The position numbers and the translations under genes were made by a program. DNA of 52,572 nt from Nanobdellota archaeon (GTDB lineage Archaea > Nanobdellota > Nanobdellia > Woesearchaeales > JAGLXL01). The stretch is taken from positions 1 through 52,572 of the forward strand of contig JBHPDN010000005.1 of the NCBI GenBank assembly GCA_042577865.1. The letters run 5' to 3'. This document shows, in pieces, positions 24,979 through 35,049 of this stretch (positions are counted from its first letter, which is position 1; the number at the start of each line of letters is the position of its first letter). A model generated the notes under the pieces. That model made no database searches. It was not told where the DNA came from and saw nothing but the letters and a program-made list of their open reading frames with translations.

Positions 24979-25137
24979 ATGACTGAAGCTTATTGTGTTA
25001 AATGTAAGGCAAAAAGAGAAATGAAGAACGGCAAAGAAGTTGAAATGAAAGGTAAAGGCGGTACCAAAAGAAGAGCTATGAAGGGAGAATGCCCTAAATG
25101 CGGTACAACCATGTTCAGAATTATGCCTAACAAATAA
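24979..25137 (+). CDS. Small basic zinc-ribbon protein (DUF5679-like), 52 aa; absent from the ORF track
   Basis: MTEAYCVKCKAKREMKNGKEVEMKGKGGTKRRAMKGECPKCGTTMFRIMPNK; two CxxC pairs; GAGGTG at 24967-24972; T-tract after the stop. Confidence 0.88.
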   Translation: MTEAYCVKCKAKREMKNGKEVEMKGKGGTKRRAMKGECPKCGTTMFRIMPNK

Positions 25138-25150
25138 TTTCTTTTTTTTC

Positions 25151-26569
25151 TTATATTTTTTTAACGATTGTTCCTTCTTTGGTGTCGTCTATTTGGTAAC
25201 CAAGTTCTTTAATTTGGTCTCTTAACTGGTCTGATAATGTCCAGTCTTTTTCTGCTCTGGCTTTTTCTCTTTTTTGAACCAGTTCTTCAACTTTTTTTGG
25301 GACAATAGTTTTTTCTTCTAGAACTAAACCCAGAACACCAGTTAATTCAAGCAAAAGATTAAGACCAGCCTGCAGGGCTTCTTTACTTTGACCAGATGAG
25401 TTTAAATCTTTAGCTAAATCAAAGATAGCAGCAAAGGCTCCTGGTGTGTTGAAATTATTATCCATCTCTTTGATGAACTTTTCTTGGTGTTGGTTAATTT
25501 TTTTGAGGAAAGATTCATCTTTGCCGGACTTGGCATTTTTTATTTTGTGTTTTACTGAAGTAATGGTATTTTTTAATTTGTCAAGTCCTTCTTTGGCTGA
25601 CTGAATAGCTTGATCAGTGATGTTGAGTTCGGTTTGATAGTGTTTTGAGATGAGGAAGAAACGAGTGAGCATAGGGCTGTGTTTTTCCATGAATTCTTCG
25701 GCAGTGAAGAAGTTTCCTTGGGATTTGGACATTTTTTGTCCGTCAATCTTGAGATATTCAGAATGAAGCCAATAATTGACAAATTTTTTGCCGGTGGCTG
25801 CCTCGGCCTGGGCAATTTCGTTTTCGTGGTGCGGAAAAATCAAGTCTTTTCCCCCTCCATGAATGTCAAACGGCTGGATTAAGTATTTAGCAGACATGGC
25901 TGAACATTCAATGTGCCAGCCAGGATAACCAAGACCCCAAGGAGATTTCCATTTGAGAGCGTGTTCTTCAGGAGCCTTAAACCACAAGGCAAAATCATGA
26001 GGACTATGCTTTTCTTGAATGGTCTCTTTTTTCATCCTTTCTGAAGCTCCGGCTTCAAGTTTTTCTAAAGTGTTGCCGCTGAGTTTGCCATATTTTTTGA
26101 ATTTAGAAACATCAAAGTAAACAGTGCCGTCAACTTCATAAGCAAAACCTTTTTTGATAAGAATTTCTACAAGTTTAATCATTTCCTGAACGTGTTCGCT
26201 GGCCTTAGGAGAGATATCAGGTTTGTCCCAGTTAAGTTTTTCCATGGCTTCAAAATATTTTTGGGTGTATTTTTTAGCTAAATCAAGAGGTGAAACTTTT
26301 TCTTTCTGAGCAGCCTTGAGCATCTTGTCCTGACGAACTTCGTCTTCAGTCAAGTGGCCGACATCAGTGATGTTTTGGATATGTTTGACTTTGTAGCCGC
26401 GATATTTTAGGTATCTTGCTATTACATCAAAGGCCAAGAAAGTTCTGGCGTTGCCGATATGAATAAAATCATAAACTGTTGGTCCGCAAGAATACATGGT
26501 AATCTGTTTATCCTTAATTGGTTTGAGAATCTGTTTCTTTTTTCCGAGAGTGTTGAAGACTTTAATCAT
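25151..26569 (-). CDS. cysS: Cysteine--tRNA ligase
   Basis: YSCGPTVYD..HIGN, PGWHIECSAM, DIHGGG.DL.FPHHENE, KMSKS. Confidence 0.97.
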   Translation of the reverse strand: MIKVFNTLGKKKQILKPIKDKQITMYSCGPTVYDFIHIGNARTFLAFDVIARYLKYRGYKVKHIQNITDVGHLTEDEVRQDKMLKAAQKEKVSPLDLAKKYTQKYFEAMEKLNWDKPDISPKASEHVQEMIKLVEILIKKGFAYEVDGTVYFDVSKFKKYGKLSGNTLEKLEAGASERMKKETIQEKHSPHDFALWFKAPEEHALKWKSPWGLGYPGWHIECSAMSAKYLIQPFDIHGGGKDLIFPHHENEIAQAEAATGKKFVNYWLHSEYLKIDGQKMSKSQGNFFTAEEFMEKHSPMLTRFFLISKHYQTELNITDQAIQSAKEGLDKLKNTITSVKHKIKNAKSGKDESFLKKINQHQEKFIKEMDNNFNTPGAFAAIFDLAKDLNSSGQSKEALQAGLNLLLELTGVLGLVLEEKTIVPKKVEELVQKREKARAEKDWTLSDQLRDQIKELGYQIDDTKEGTIVKKI

Positions 26570-27177
26570 GATATGTTAATTATTTCAACTTGTTTTAAAT
26601 TATTTTCTATTATTTCCTTAAGATTAAGTTTTGATTCTTCTTGTTCGATGATTTTGAGTTTAGCCTGAGTGGCTGGGTTCCTTGGTACAAAAGGACAAGA
26701 AGCTGATTTTTGAATAGAAAGGTCATAAGTTCCTATTTCTCTGGCGATTTTCATGGTTTCGGTTTTGTCAAAAGTCAAAAGAGGTCTTAGAATTTTTATT
26801 TTAATGGCCTGATGAAGGACAGTCATATTAGTTAGGGTTTGAGAGGCAACCTGACCAATATTTTCTCCAGTAAGAAGGTAGCTGATTTTTTCTTTTTGAG
26901 CAATGACTTCAGCAATCCGGTACATTAATCTCTTGCAAATGAGGCATTGAAATCTTCTGTTGCAGTTTTGAGCGATTATTTTTTGGTTTTCTAAGTTGTT
27001 GATGATAAAAAGTTTTTTGACTTTTATTTTTTTGGCCAATTGTTTTACTTTTCCCAGATTTTTTTTGTCTCCACTGTGTTCAAAATGGATGGCTGAGATT
27101 TCGTAACCTTTTTTTATCATAAGATGGCCAGCGACAGGAGAGTCAATCCCGGTTGATAATAAGAGTAAAGCTTTCAT
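26566..27177 (-). CDS. thiI: ThiI-like PP-loop sulfurtransferase, catalytic domain only (no THUMP)
   Basis: LLSTGIDSPVA, CLICKR.MYRIA, TGENIGQVASQTL.N, RPL..DK.E....AR.IGTY, distal Cys in CPFVP. Confidence 0.8.
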   Translation of the reverse strand: MKALLLLSTGIDSPVAGHLMIKKGYEISAIHFEHSGDKKNLGKVKQLAKKIKVKKLFIINNLENQKIIAQNCNRRFQCLICKRLMYRIAEVIAQKEKISYLLTGENIGQVASQTLTNMTVLHQAIKIKILRPLLTFDKTETMKIAREIGTYDLSIQKSASCPFVPRNPATQAKLKIIEQEESKLNLKEIIENNLKQVEIINIS

Positions 27178-27232
27178 TTTAGAGTCTGCTTAAAATGGTC
27201 TCTTTTAAAACTTACGGAAAAAAAGAAAAAAA

Positions 27233-27538
27233 TTAAAATACTTCCTGCCGGAGGTCAAAGTCGAAACGGGCAGCAAATTCTTTAGCGAGTCTCTGACTTT
27301 TTTCTTCCAAATAGTCATAGATGTCTCTGCTAAAGCAGTGGGCACAAATAGACATTCCCTTACCGCAGAAAATGCATTTAGTCGGCCCATCCAAATGATA
27401 TCCCTTGACATCCTTAGCAAGTCTAGGTTTGGTCTCAGCCAGCCAATATTGCATTTTTTCTGCCAGACAGTCTGGGCAGATAGGGTTGGTAATAACTTCA
27501 TTACAAATTACACACCCGTTTTCTGTTTGTGCTTTCAT
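27233..27538 (-). CDS. Small Cys-rich zinc-finger protein
   Basis: Four CxxC pairs: CVIC, CPDC, CIFC, CAHC. Confidence 0.8.
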   Translation of the reverse strand: MKAQTENGCVICNEVITNPICPDCLAEKMQYWLAETKPRLAKDVKGYHLDGPTKCIFCGKGMSICAHCFSRDIYDYLEEKSQRLAKEFAARFDFDLRQEVF

Positions 27539-27799
27539 TTTGTTGCCTGTTTCGGCACCACCTCGGTTTTAGTTTTTCAAATTGAGGTTCAAAACAATGC
27601 CATAGAATTTGTGTGTTAAGAACCTCAGATTGATTGGGAACTTACCACATCGGATTTGGTTTGTAGCAATCAAATCTAATCAAAAGAATCTTCATAAATT
27701 GATCAAATAAATGATTTAATTGCATGTAAGTTAGAAGGTAATTGGAATTTAAATAGTTTTCCATAAGGTATTTAAATGAATGATTATGTGTTAAGGTAA

Positions 27800-28717
27800 A
27801 TGGTAATATGTTTCATTGCTTTGCCGGTACTGATTATTCTGGGTTTATTTAGTGTCAGATACAGAAAGCTGGCTTGGGAGGCTTTTGACTGTGTTTTTAG
27901 GATGGTAACTTTGCGCAGATGCAGAAGCAGTTTTGATCAAAGAATTAAGTCAGCAATTGTAGGCAAGTTGATGAAAAGAATGCCACGGCTGGCTGGATTT
28001 ATACACAAGAAATTTGTTTTGTTGTCCTGGATTTTTGTGATTTTGTTTATTGCAAGTATAATTGGCAGTGGTTATGGACTTTATAATTATTATGTCTATG
28101 GCAATTGTAATGGTCCTGATTCAAGTGCTTTTTGCATCTTTGATCCTTTTCAAGACAGAAGTGTCGAAGAAGATGAACATGCTACTTGTGGGGTTGAAAG
28201 TGTTGAAAGTGATTTGAAATTACCTCAAGATTTATCCGGACTGCCAATGATAGGCAAATCTTCGGTAAAAGTGGTAATGTTTGGTTGTTTTACCTGCCCA
28301 TATACCAGAGATGCTACTAATGTGATTAGGAGAATAGTTAGTGATTATGGAACTAAAGTAGAATTTTATTTTGTAGCTTTCCCATTGGACCAGCACGACA
28401 TGGCTTATGAAGCAAGCCTGGCGGCCGAATGTGTTTATGATCAAGATAGGATTAAGTATTGGTCATTTGTTTTGAGTATTTTAGAACATAATCATGAAAT
28501 GACTCATGAAGATTTAATTAACCATGCTGAGAATTTAGATTTAGATATTGAAGAATGTTTGGAGAACAGAGAATTTGAAGATGAAGTTGAAAGAAAGATT
28601 GAATTAGGGCGTGAGGCTGGAATTTACGGCACACCAACATTTTTTGTGAACGGCGAGGCAATTGTCGGTCCTCAAGAAGATAAAGTTTTTGAAGCAATTG
28701 ATGAGGCTTTGAAATGA
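27800..28717 (+). CDS. Membrane-anchored DsbA-like thioredoxin-fold protein
   Basis: Two N-terminal TMs; FGCFTCPYT, FPL..H..A..A..AAEC, GIYGTPTFFVNG. Confidence 0.88.
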   Translation: MVICFIALPVLIILGLFSVRYRKLAWEAFDCVFRMVTLRRCRSSFDQRIKSAIVGKLMKRMPRLAGFIHKKFVLLSWIFVILFIASIIGSGYGLYNYYVYGNCNGPDSSAFCIFDPFQDRSVEEDEHATCGVESVESDLKLPQDLSGLPMIGKSSVKVVMFGCFTCPYTRDATNVIRRIVSDYGTKVEFYFVAFPLDQHDMAYEASLAAECVYDQDRIKYWSFVLSILEHNHEMTHEDLINHAENLDLDIEECLENREFEDEVERKIELGREAGIYGTPTFFVNGEAIVGPQEDKVFEAIDEALK

Positions 28718-29376
28718 AAATAACTAAATTTGCACAGTCTTGTTTTTTGATTGAAACTAAAGGCAAAAAGATTTTAATTGATCCGGGAAAATTTTGTTAC
28801 AATGGTTTTAAACCAGAAGATTGGAAAGAAATTGATATTTTACTTTTAACACATCGGCATAAGGATCACTGTCTGCCTGAAGCAGTAAAGACGATTTCTG
28901 AGAATAATAATGTGGAGATTTTATGTAACAGTGAGGTTGCTGAAATTTTAGAGGGAATTGAGACAACAGTGATGAAAGAAGGAGAAAAGAAGGACTTAGA
29001 TGGTGTGGAAATCGAGATGACAAAAGCAGTTCATGGTTTTTTGTCAATCATGAAGGAAAAAAATAATTTTCCAAAAGAGAACAGTGGTTTTATAATTAGG
29101 GATGGAGAAAAATCTGTTTATCACTGTGGTGATACTCTTAATTTTGAAAATGATTTCAAAGTGGATGTGGTCTTGGTACCGATTTGCGGACACGGAGTAG
29201 TAATGGAAGCCTTGGTAGCCATAGAATTTTCAGAAGATGTAGGAGCAAAACTGGTTATTCCAATGCATTATGATTCTCCAGGACATCCTCAAGGCACAGA
29301 CAAATTTGAGGAAGTTGCCAAAGAAAAAGGAATAAATTATAAAATATTAAAAGATGGAGAGAGTATTGAAGTATGA
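28714..29376 (+). CDS. MBL-fold metallo-hydrolase (UPF0173/UlaG-like)
   Basis: ILIDPG, THRHKDH, YHCGDT, IPMHY. Confidence 0.9.
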   Translation: MKITKFAQSCFLIETKGKKILIDPGKFCYNGFKPEDWKEIDILLLTHRHKDHCLPEAVKTISENNNVEILCNSEVAEILEGIETTVMKEGEKKDLDGVEIEMTKAVHGFLSIMKEKNNFPKENSGFIIRDGEKSVYHCGDTLNFENDFKVDVVLVPICGHGVVMEALVAIEFSEDVGAKLVIPMHYDSPGHPQGTDKFEEVAKEKGINYKILKDGESIEV

Positions 29377-30548
29377 AAGTGGAAAAACTACGCCAGGATT
29401 TTGAAGTTTTGAAAAAAGGCATCATCTACTTTGACAATGCCTGTATGACACTTCGTCCAAGGCAAGTGGTTGCTGCGATTAATTCTTATTACAATGAATT
29501 TCCTGCCTGTGGAGAAAGGAGCCAACATCAACTTGGGAAAAGGGTAACTGAAGAAATGGAAAAGGCTAGGAGAGTTATGGCTAAATTTATTGGAGCTAAG
29601 GAAAGAGAGATTATTTTTACCAAAAATACTACTGAAGGTATTAATCTGGTTTCACATGGTTTGGATTTAGACAAGAATGATGTGGTTCTGACAACTGACA
29701 AGGAACACAACAGTAATTTACTACCTTGGCAAGGATTTGACCATTCTGTGGTTAGATCGAATGAGGATAATACTTTTAATTTAGAAAGGTTTGAAGAGAT
29801 GGTGAGGAAGAAGAAACCAAAATTAGTGGCCATGGGATGGACTTCTAATTTAGATGGGATTTCTATTCCAGTCAGAGAAGTAGTCAAGATTGCTCATGAA
29901 AATGGGGCCTTAGTTTTATTGGATGGGGCGCAGGCAGTGCCGCATAAGGAAATTAATGTGAAAAAATTGGATGTTGATTTTTTAGCTTTTTCAGGACATA
30001 AAATGTGCGGTCCAACTGGTACTGGTGTGCTGTACGGCAAATTAGACTTATTGGAAAAATTAAGACCATTTATTATTGGCGGGGGAACAGTCAAAGAAAG
30101 CTGGTATGGGAAGTGTGAATTTGAAGAAGTGCCAGAAAGATTTGAAGCTGGTCTGCAGAATTACAGTGGTATTATTGGTTTGGCAGAAGCAGCCAAGTAT
30201 TTGAACAAGATTGGTTTAGGGAATATCAGCAAGCATGAAATGAGTTTGAATAAGAGAATAACAGAAGGGCTTGGTGATGATGTAAAGTTGATTGGCCCTC
30301 AAGATGCCAGTTTGAGGGAGGGAATTTTCTCTTTTAATATTCCTGGTGTAGATATGCATGAAGTGGCTGGAGTTTTAGACAGTTCGGCTAAAATCGCAGT
30401 AAGAGCTGGAGGACATTGTGTGCATTCATGGTTTAATGAACACAATTTGAAAGGGAGTGTGCGGGCTTCTGTTTATTTCTACAACACCTTGGAAGAAGCC
30501 GAAAAGTTTGTCGAAGAAGTAAAAAAGATTGTTAAATTTCTTAAGTAA
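29373..30548 (+). CDS. sufS: Cysteine desulfurase, SufS/class V aminotransferase
   Basis: YFDNA, EHNSN, DGAQ, FSGHKMCGPTG, RAGGHC, RASVYFYNT. Confidence 0.92.
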   Translation: MKVEKLRQDFEVLKKGIIYFDNACMTLRPRQVVAAINSYYNEFPACGERSQHQLGKRVTEEMEKARRVMAKFIGAKEREIIFTKNTTEGINLVSHGLDLDKNDVVLTTDKEHNSNLLPWQGFDHSVVRSNEDNTFNLERFEEMVRKKKPKLVAMGWTSNLDGISIPVREVVKIAHENGALVLLDGAQAVPHKEINVKKLDVDFLAFSGHKMCGPTGTGVLYGKLDLLEKLRPFIIGGGTVKESWYGKCEFEEVPERFEAGLQNYSGIIGLAEAAKYLNKIGLGNISKHEMSLNKRITEGLGDDVKLIGPQDASLREGIFSFNIPGVDMHEVAGVLDSSAKIAVRAGGHCVHSWFNEHNLKGSVRASVYFYNTLEEAEKFVEEVKKIVKFLK

Positions 30549-30590
30549 TTAGAAAGTTTAATAAATAAAAATTAATTCTCTACTATTACT

Positions 30591-31829
30591 ATGAAAAGAG
30601 TGGTGATATTAACAATTCTAGTTGTATTCCTATGCAGTCTTTCCTATGGGGTTCAAGCAACTTATTTTAGTTCACATCAACTAGATGCAGTTCTATTAAA
30701 CCAAGAACCTGATCCGGTCAGGCCAGGAGAAATAGTTGAAGTTCGATTTAAAATTGAAAATAGTGGAGCAGAAACAACAGATGATGTTTTTATTGAAATT
30801 GTGCCAAGTTTTCCATTTACAATTTATTCAGGAGATTCTTTGATTAATGTGGGCAAGATGGGAGCAGGACAAACAGGGGCTGATGCTGTTATCGTTAAAT
30901 TTAAGCTTAAAGTTGACGAAGATGCAATTGAAGGTGATAATGATATTGGAATCAGGGTTGGAGTTGGCGGTGAGAGTTGGAAAACTTATACAAACGGAGA
31001 GTTTCAAATCAAAGTAGAAACGCCAGATGCAATCTTGGGTGTGGATGAAGTTTATACCAAACCAGCAACAATAGTGCCTGGACAGGATGCTAAGTTGTAC
31101 ATTAAATTAACAAATGCGGCAGACAGTTTACTAAGAAATATTAAAGTTCAACTGGATTTAGACGATTTAACTGTGGTACCACTTGATTCTTCTGATGAAA
31201 AAAGTGTTTACCAGATTGGAGCCGGTGAAGAAGAATGGGTTGTTTTTAATTTAGTAGCTGAACCTGATACGGAATCTAAGATTTACAAGCTGCCAATTAT
31301 TTTAACTTATTATGATGTGGCCGGCAATATGTACACCAAAGAAAGTACAATCGGTTTAAAGATTGGGGATGACCCTGAATTATTACTTTATGTTTCTGAA
31401 GCTGATATTTATTCTGAAGGCCAAACAGGAACAGTAACCATAACTATGGCTAACCATGGTTTGGCCAATATTAAATTATTGAAAATGACTTTGATGCCTT
31501 CTGACAATTATGAAATTATTTCAGCCGGTGAAGTCTATATTGGTGATGTTGATTCTGATGATATTGAAAGCCAAGAATTTGATATTTACATTAAGGAAGG
31601 TGGAGATTTAATTGATTTGCCGGTAAAATTAGAGTTTAGAGACGCTAACAACAAAAAAATTGAACAAACATATGATGTGAGTTTGAAGTTGTTCAGCAGC
31701 AGAGAAGCAAAGAGATACGGATTAACAACCAGCAGTTCGTTAGTCTGGATAATTTTAATAGTTATTCTGGGTGGAGTTGGATATTTCTTTTATCGCAGGT
31801 ATAAGCGCAAGAAAAAGAAAAAACAATGA
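30591..31829 (+). CDS. COG1361 S-layer-domain protein
   Basis: Signal peptide, QEPDPV.PG Ig-like repeats, C-terminal TM + Lys tail; directly precedes the ABC exporter genes. Confidence 0.85.
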   Translation: MKRVVILTILVVFLCSLSYGVQATYFSSHQLDAVLLNQEPDPVRPGEIVEVRFKIENSGAETTDDVFIEIVPSFPFTIYSGDSLINVGKMGAGQTGADAVIVKFKLKVDEDAIEGDNDIGIRVGVGGESWKTYTNGEFQIKVETPDAILGVDEVYTKPATIVPGQDAKLYIKLTNAADSLLRNIKVQLDLDDLTVVPLDSSDEKSVYQIGAGEEEWVVFNLVAEPDTESKIYKLPIILTYYDVAGNMYTKESTIGLKIGDDPELLLYVSEADIYSEGQTGTVTITMANHGLANIKLLKMTLMPSDNYEIISAGEVYIGDVDSDDIESQEFDIYIKEGGDLIDLPVKLEFRDANNKKIEQTYDVSLKLFSSREAKRYGLTTSSSLVWIILIVILGGVGYFFYRRYKRKKKKKQ

Positions 31830-33046
31830 TATTGGATTATTTCAAGCTTGCTTATCGAAGCATCCGCAATAGGAAACTTCGAAGCTGGCTAACTATGATT
31901 GGTATTTTTATTGGTATTACTGCAGTAGTCGGTCTGATTTCTTTGGGGCAGGGAATGCAACTGTCAATTGACAAAGAGTTTGAAAGTATTGGCAAGAACA
32001 GACTGACAATCAGTCCGGGAGCAGGAGCTTTTGATATTGCTGGCGGGGGGGCGGTAGTCGGAAAGATTACTGAAGATGATTTAGAGGTGATTAAAAAGGT
32101 TAGGGGAGTGGAAGTGGCAGCCGGGATTTTGGCCAAGAATTCTAAAGTAAAGTACAAGGACGAAGTAAAATTTTTGAGTATATGGGGTTTTGATACCGGC
32201 CCTGACGGTCAAGAGGTTGTTGAAAGAACTAGTTTTTTAGAAATAGAAAAAGGCAGACAATTGAAAGATGGAGATAAGTATAAGGTGGTTTTGGGTAATA
32301 GTATTGCTGATAGTACTTTTGATAAAGATGTTCTTCTGGGCAGCAAGATTGAAATTAATGAAAAGGTCTTCGAGGTGGTAGGGATACAAAAACTAGCTGG
32401 AACTGGAGTTCATGATGTAATCTTAAGAATTCCCTTAGATACAGCTCGGGAAGTTTTTGATGAAGAAGAAGCAATTGATATCATTTTTGCTTTGACTGGA
32501 CCAGGTTTTGAGCCAGGTGATGTGGCAGAAGATGTGAAAAAAGAATTGAGGAATTTTAGAGATTTGGATGAAGATGAAGAAGATTTTACTGTTGAAACGG
32601 CAGAGCAGGCAATTGCTTCATTAACTGAGATTTTGGATATTATTACAATTGTAGTTGTGGGCATCGCAGCAATTTCTTTATTGGTTGGGGGAGTGGGCAT
32701 CATGAATACGATGTACACCACTGTCTTAGAAAGGACCAGGGAAATTGGAATCATGAAAGCAATTGGAGCAAGGAACAGTTCAATTATATTCTTATTTTTA
32801 GTGGAGTCAGGAATGTTGGGTTTGATTGGCGGCCTGATAGGAGTTATTTTTGGGTTAGGTATTGCCAAAGTAGGAGAGTTGATTGCAGGAAGTTTTGGGG
32901 CAACAATTTTTAAGGCTTATTTTGGTTTTGATTTAATTTTAGGGGCTTTGTTATTTTCTTTTTTAGCGGGCTCACTCTCAGGCATGCTACCAGCCAGACA
33001 AGCTTCAAGGATGAAACCAGTTGATGCCTTAAGAAAAACAAAATAA
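31826..33046 (+). CDS. ABC transporter permease (MacB/FtsX family)
   Basis: RSWLTMIGIFIGI, SLLVGGVGIMNTM...V.ERTREIG.MKAIGA. Confidence 0.95.
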   Translation: MILDYFKLAYRSIRNRKLRSWLTMIGIFIGITAVVGLISLGQGMQLSIDKEFESIGKNRLTISPGAGAFDIAGGGAVVGKITEDDLEVIKKVRGVEVAAGILAKNSKVKYKDEVKFLSIWGFDTGPDGQEVVERTSFLEIEKGRQLKDGDKYKVVLGNSIADSTFDKDVLLGSKIEINEKVFEVVGIQKLAGTGVHDVILRIPLDTAREVFDEEEAIDIIFALTGPGFEPGDVAEDVKKELRNFRDLDEDEEDFTVETAEQAIASLTEILDIITIVVVGIAAISLLVGGVGIMNTMYTTVLERTREIGIMKAIGARNSSIIFLFLVESGMLGLIGGLIGVIFGLGIAKVGELIAGSFGATIFKAYFGFDLILGALLFSFLAGSLSGMLPARQASRMKPVDALRKTK

Positions 33047-33047
33047 A

Positions 33048-34265
33048 ATGATAAAAGATTACATAGGATTTTCATTGAAATCCTTCAAAGTCAGGAAAAC
33101 AAGAACTTTTCTGACTTTGTTAGGTATATTCATAGGGATTGCAGCAGTGATTAGTTTGATTTCTCTAGGTCAAGGTTTAGAGAGGGCAATTACTGAACAA
33201 TTTGAACAGTTGGGTACAAATAAAATAATTGTAACCCCTGCTGGAAGTTTGTTTGGCGGGGGTCCGGGAGAGGCGGCATCTGAGATGACGACAGACGACT
33301 TGGAGGTGATTAGGAAAGTCAGAGGAGTAAAGTCGGCAGCTGAAATGAATTTTAAAACTGCCAAAGTTGAATTTGGGGACGAGGCCCAGTATACTTTTGT
33401 GATTGGGATGCCAACGACAGGAGAGTTTATTCAGATGTTTGAAGAAATTGGCGGCTGGGATATTGCAGAAGGAAGAAGCCTGAAAGAGGAAGACAAATTT
33501 AAAGCAACGATGGGGATTATGGTAAGAGAAGGCGATGTTTTTGAAAAGGAAGTTAATATTAGGGACAAACTCAATATTAATGGCTATGAGTTTAAGGTAG
33601 TAGGCAGCCATGGTAGAGTGGGCAATCCAGCAGATGACAGCCAAGTCTATATTCCAATTGAAGCGTTTAGGGAAATTTTTGATGAACCAACTAAAGTTGA
33701 TTATGTGATGCTAGAAACAGTAAAAGGAGCGTCAATTGCCACTGTTTCTGAAAGTATCAAAAAAAGACTGAGAGATTTTCGTGAAGTTGAAGAAGGAGAG
33801 GAAGATTTTAATGTACAAACTTTTGAAGAATTGTTGGAATCATTTAGTGTGGTTTTTTCAATTGTGCAGGCTGTTTTGATTGGGATTGCAGCAATTTCTT
33901 TATTAGTTGGTGGAGTGGGCATCATGAACACGATGTACACTTCTGTTTTGCAAAGGACAAATGAGATTGGTTTAATGAAGGCGATTGGAGCCAAGAATAG
34001 TGATATTTTAGCAATATTTTTAATTGAATCTGGTTTCCTAGGTTTGGTAGGAGGAGTTATTGGTGTTTTGATTGGTGTGGGTTTGAGCAAATTAGTGGAA
34101 ATAGCAGCAGCCCAAGCCGGTCTGGACATATTAAAGGCTTTTTTCCCATGGTATCTAATCCTAGGAGCATTGGCCTTTTCGTTTTTATTAGGAATGATTG
34201 CTGGTGTGTCTCCGGCAAGACAGGCGTCAAAACTAAAACCGGTTGAGGCATTAAGATACGAATAA
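33048..34265 (+). CDS. ABC transporter permease (MacB/FtsX family), paralog
   Basis: Same motifs; ends PVEALRYE. Confidence 0.95.
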   Translation: MIKDYIGFSLKSFKVRKTRTFLTLLGIFIGIAAVISLISLGQGLERAITEQFEQLGTNKIIVTPAGSLFGGGPGEAASEMTTDDLEVIRKVRGVKSAAEMNFKTAKVEFGDEAQYTFVIGMPTTGEFIQMFEEIGGWDIAEGRSLKEEDKFKATMGIMVREGDVFEKEVNIRDKLNINGYEFKVVGSHGRVGNPADDSQVYIPIEAFREIFDEPTKVDYVMLETVKGASIATVSESIKKRLRDFREVEEGEEDFNVQTFEELLESFSVVFSIVQAVLIGIAAISLLVGGVGIMNTMYTSVLQRTNEIGLMKAIGAKNSDILAIFLIESGFLGLVGGVIGVLIGVGLSKLVEIAAAQAGLDILKAFFPWYLILGALAFSFLLGMIAGVSPARQASKLKPVEALRYE

Positions 34266-34266
34266 G

Positions 34267-34989
34267 ATGAAAAAAAATATTATTAGATTGGATCAAGTTT
34301 GGAAAGTTTATAAAATTGGAGATATTGAAGTACCAGCAGTGCGGGGAGTAGATCTGGAAGTCAAGAAAGGGGAATTCATGGCTATTGTAGGTCCTTCTGG
34401 CTGCGGGAAGTCTACTTTAATGAATTTAGTGGGGGCCTTGGATGTACCAACTAAGGGAAGAATACTTCTGGGCGGCAAGGATATTGCTCATATGTCTGAA
34501 TCTGAACTGGCCAACGTGAGAGGAAAGAAGATTGGTTTTATTTTCCAGCAGTTTAACTTGATTAATACTCTGGATGCTTTGAACAATGTCATGCTGCCAA
34601 TGACTTTTCAAGGAATGCCTGAAGCCGAGAGGAAAATAAGGGCAACTAAATTACTGACGATGGTGGGTTTGGGTGATAGAATGAAACACAAGCCAACAGA
34701 ATTGTCTGGAGGACAGCAGCAAAGAGTAGCGATTGCCAGGGCTTTATCAAACAATCCAGACATGATCTTGGCAGACGAGCCAACAGGCAATCTTGACAGT
34801 AAAAGCGGCAAGCAAATCATGGATTTTTTAGGTGATTTGCATCTCAAAAAAGGAAAAACAATTGTAATGGTAACACATGATTTGCATCTGGTTAAATATG
34901 CTCACAGAGTAATCCACTTAAAAGATGGTTTAGTTTTGAAGGAGAGTAAGATCTCCACAAATCATCGTCACAAAGAACATAAATCCTAG
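34267..34989 (+). CDS. ABC transporter ATP-binding protein (LolD/MacB-like)
   Basis: GPSGCGKST, LSGGQQQR, ILADEPTGNLD, VTHD. Confidence 0.96.
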   Translation: MKKNIIRLDQVWKVYKIGDIEVPAVRGVDLEVKKGEFMAIVGPSGCGKSTLMNLVGALDVPTKGRILLGGKDIAHMSESELANVRGKKIGFIFQQFNLINTLDALNNVMLPMTFQGMPEAERKIRATKLLTMVGLGDRMKHKPTELSGGQQQRVAIARALSNNPDMILADEPTGNLDSKSGKQIMDFLGDLHLKKGKTIVMVTHDLHLVKYAHRVIHLKDGLVLKESKISTNHRHKEHKS

Positions 34990-35049
34990 AGTTTAATAAA
35001 GTTTATAAAGAGATTTGTTGATTCTAAATTTATAACTGGGGGTGTACTT

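Noticed and set aside
19703-26569. Inteins in RFC or the tRNA synthetases
   Set aside because: Protein lengths are ordinary and no intein terminal or LAGLIDADG motifs were seen.
32660-34000. DNA similarity between the two ABC permease genes
   Set aside because: It is explained by the conserved MacB-family motif in a common tandem paralog pair.
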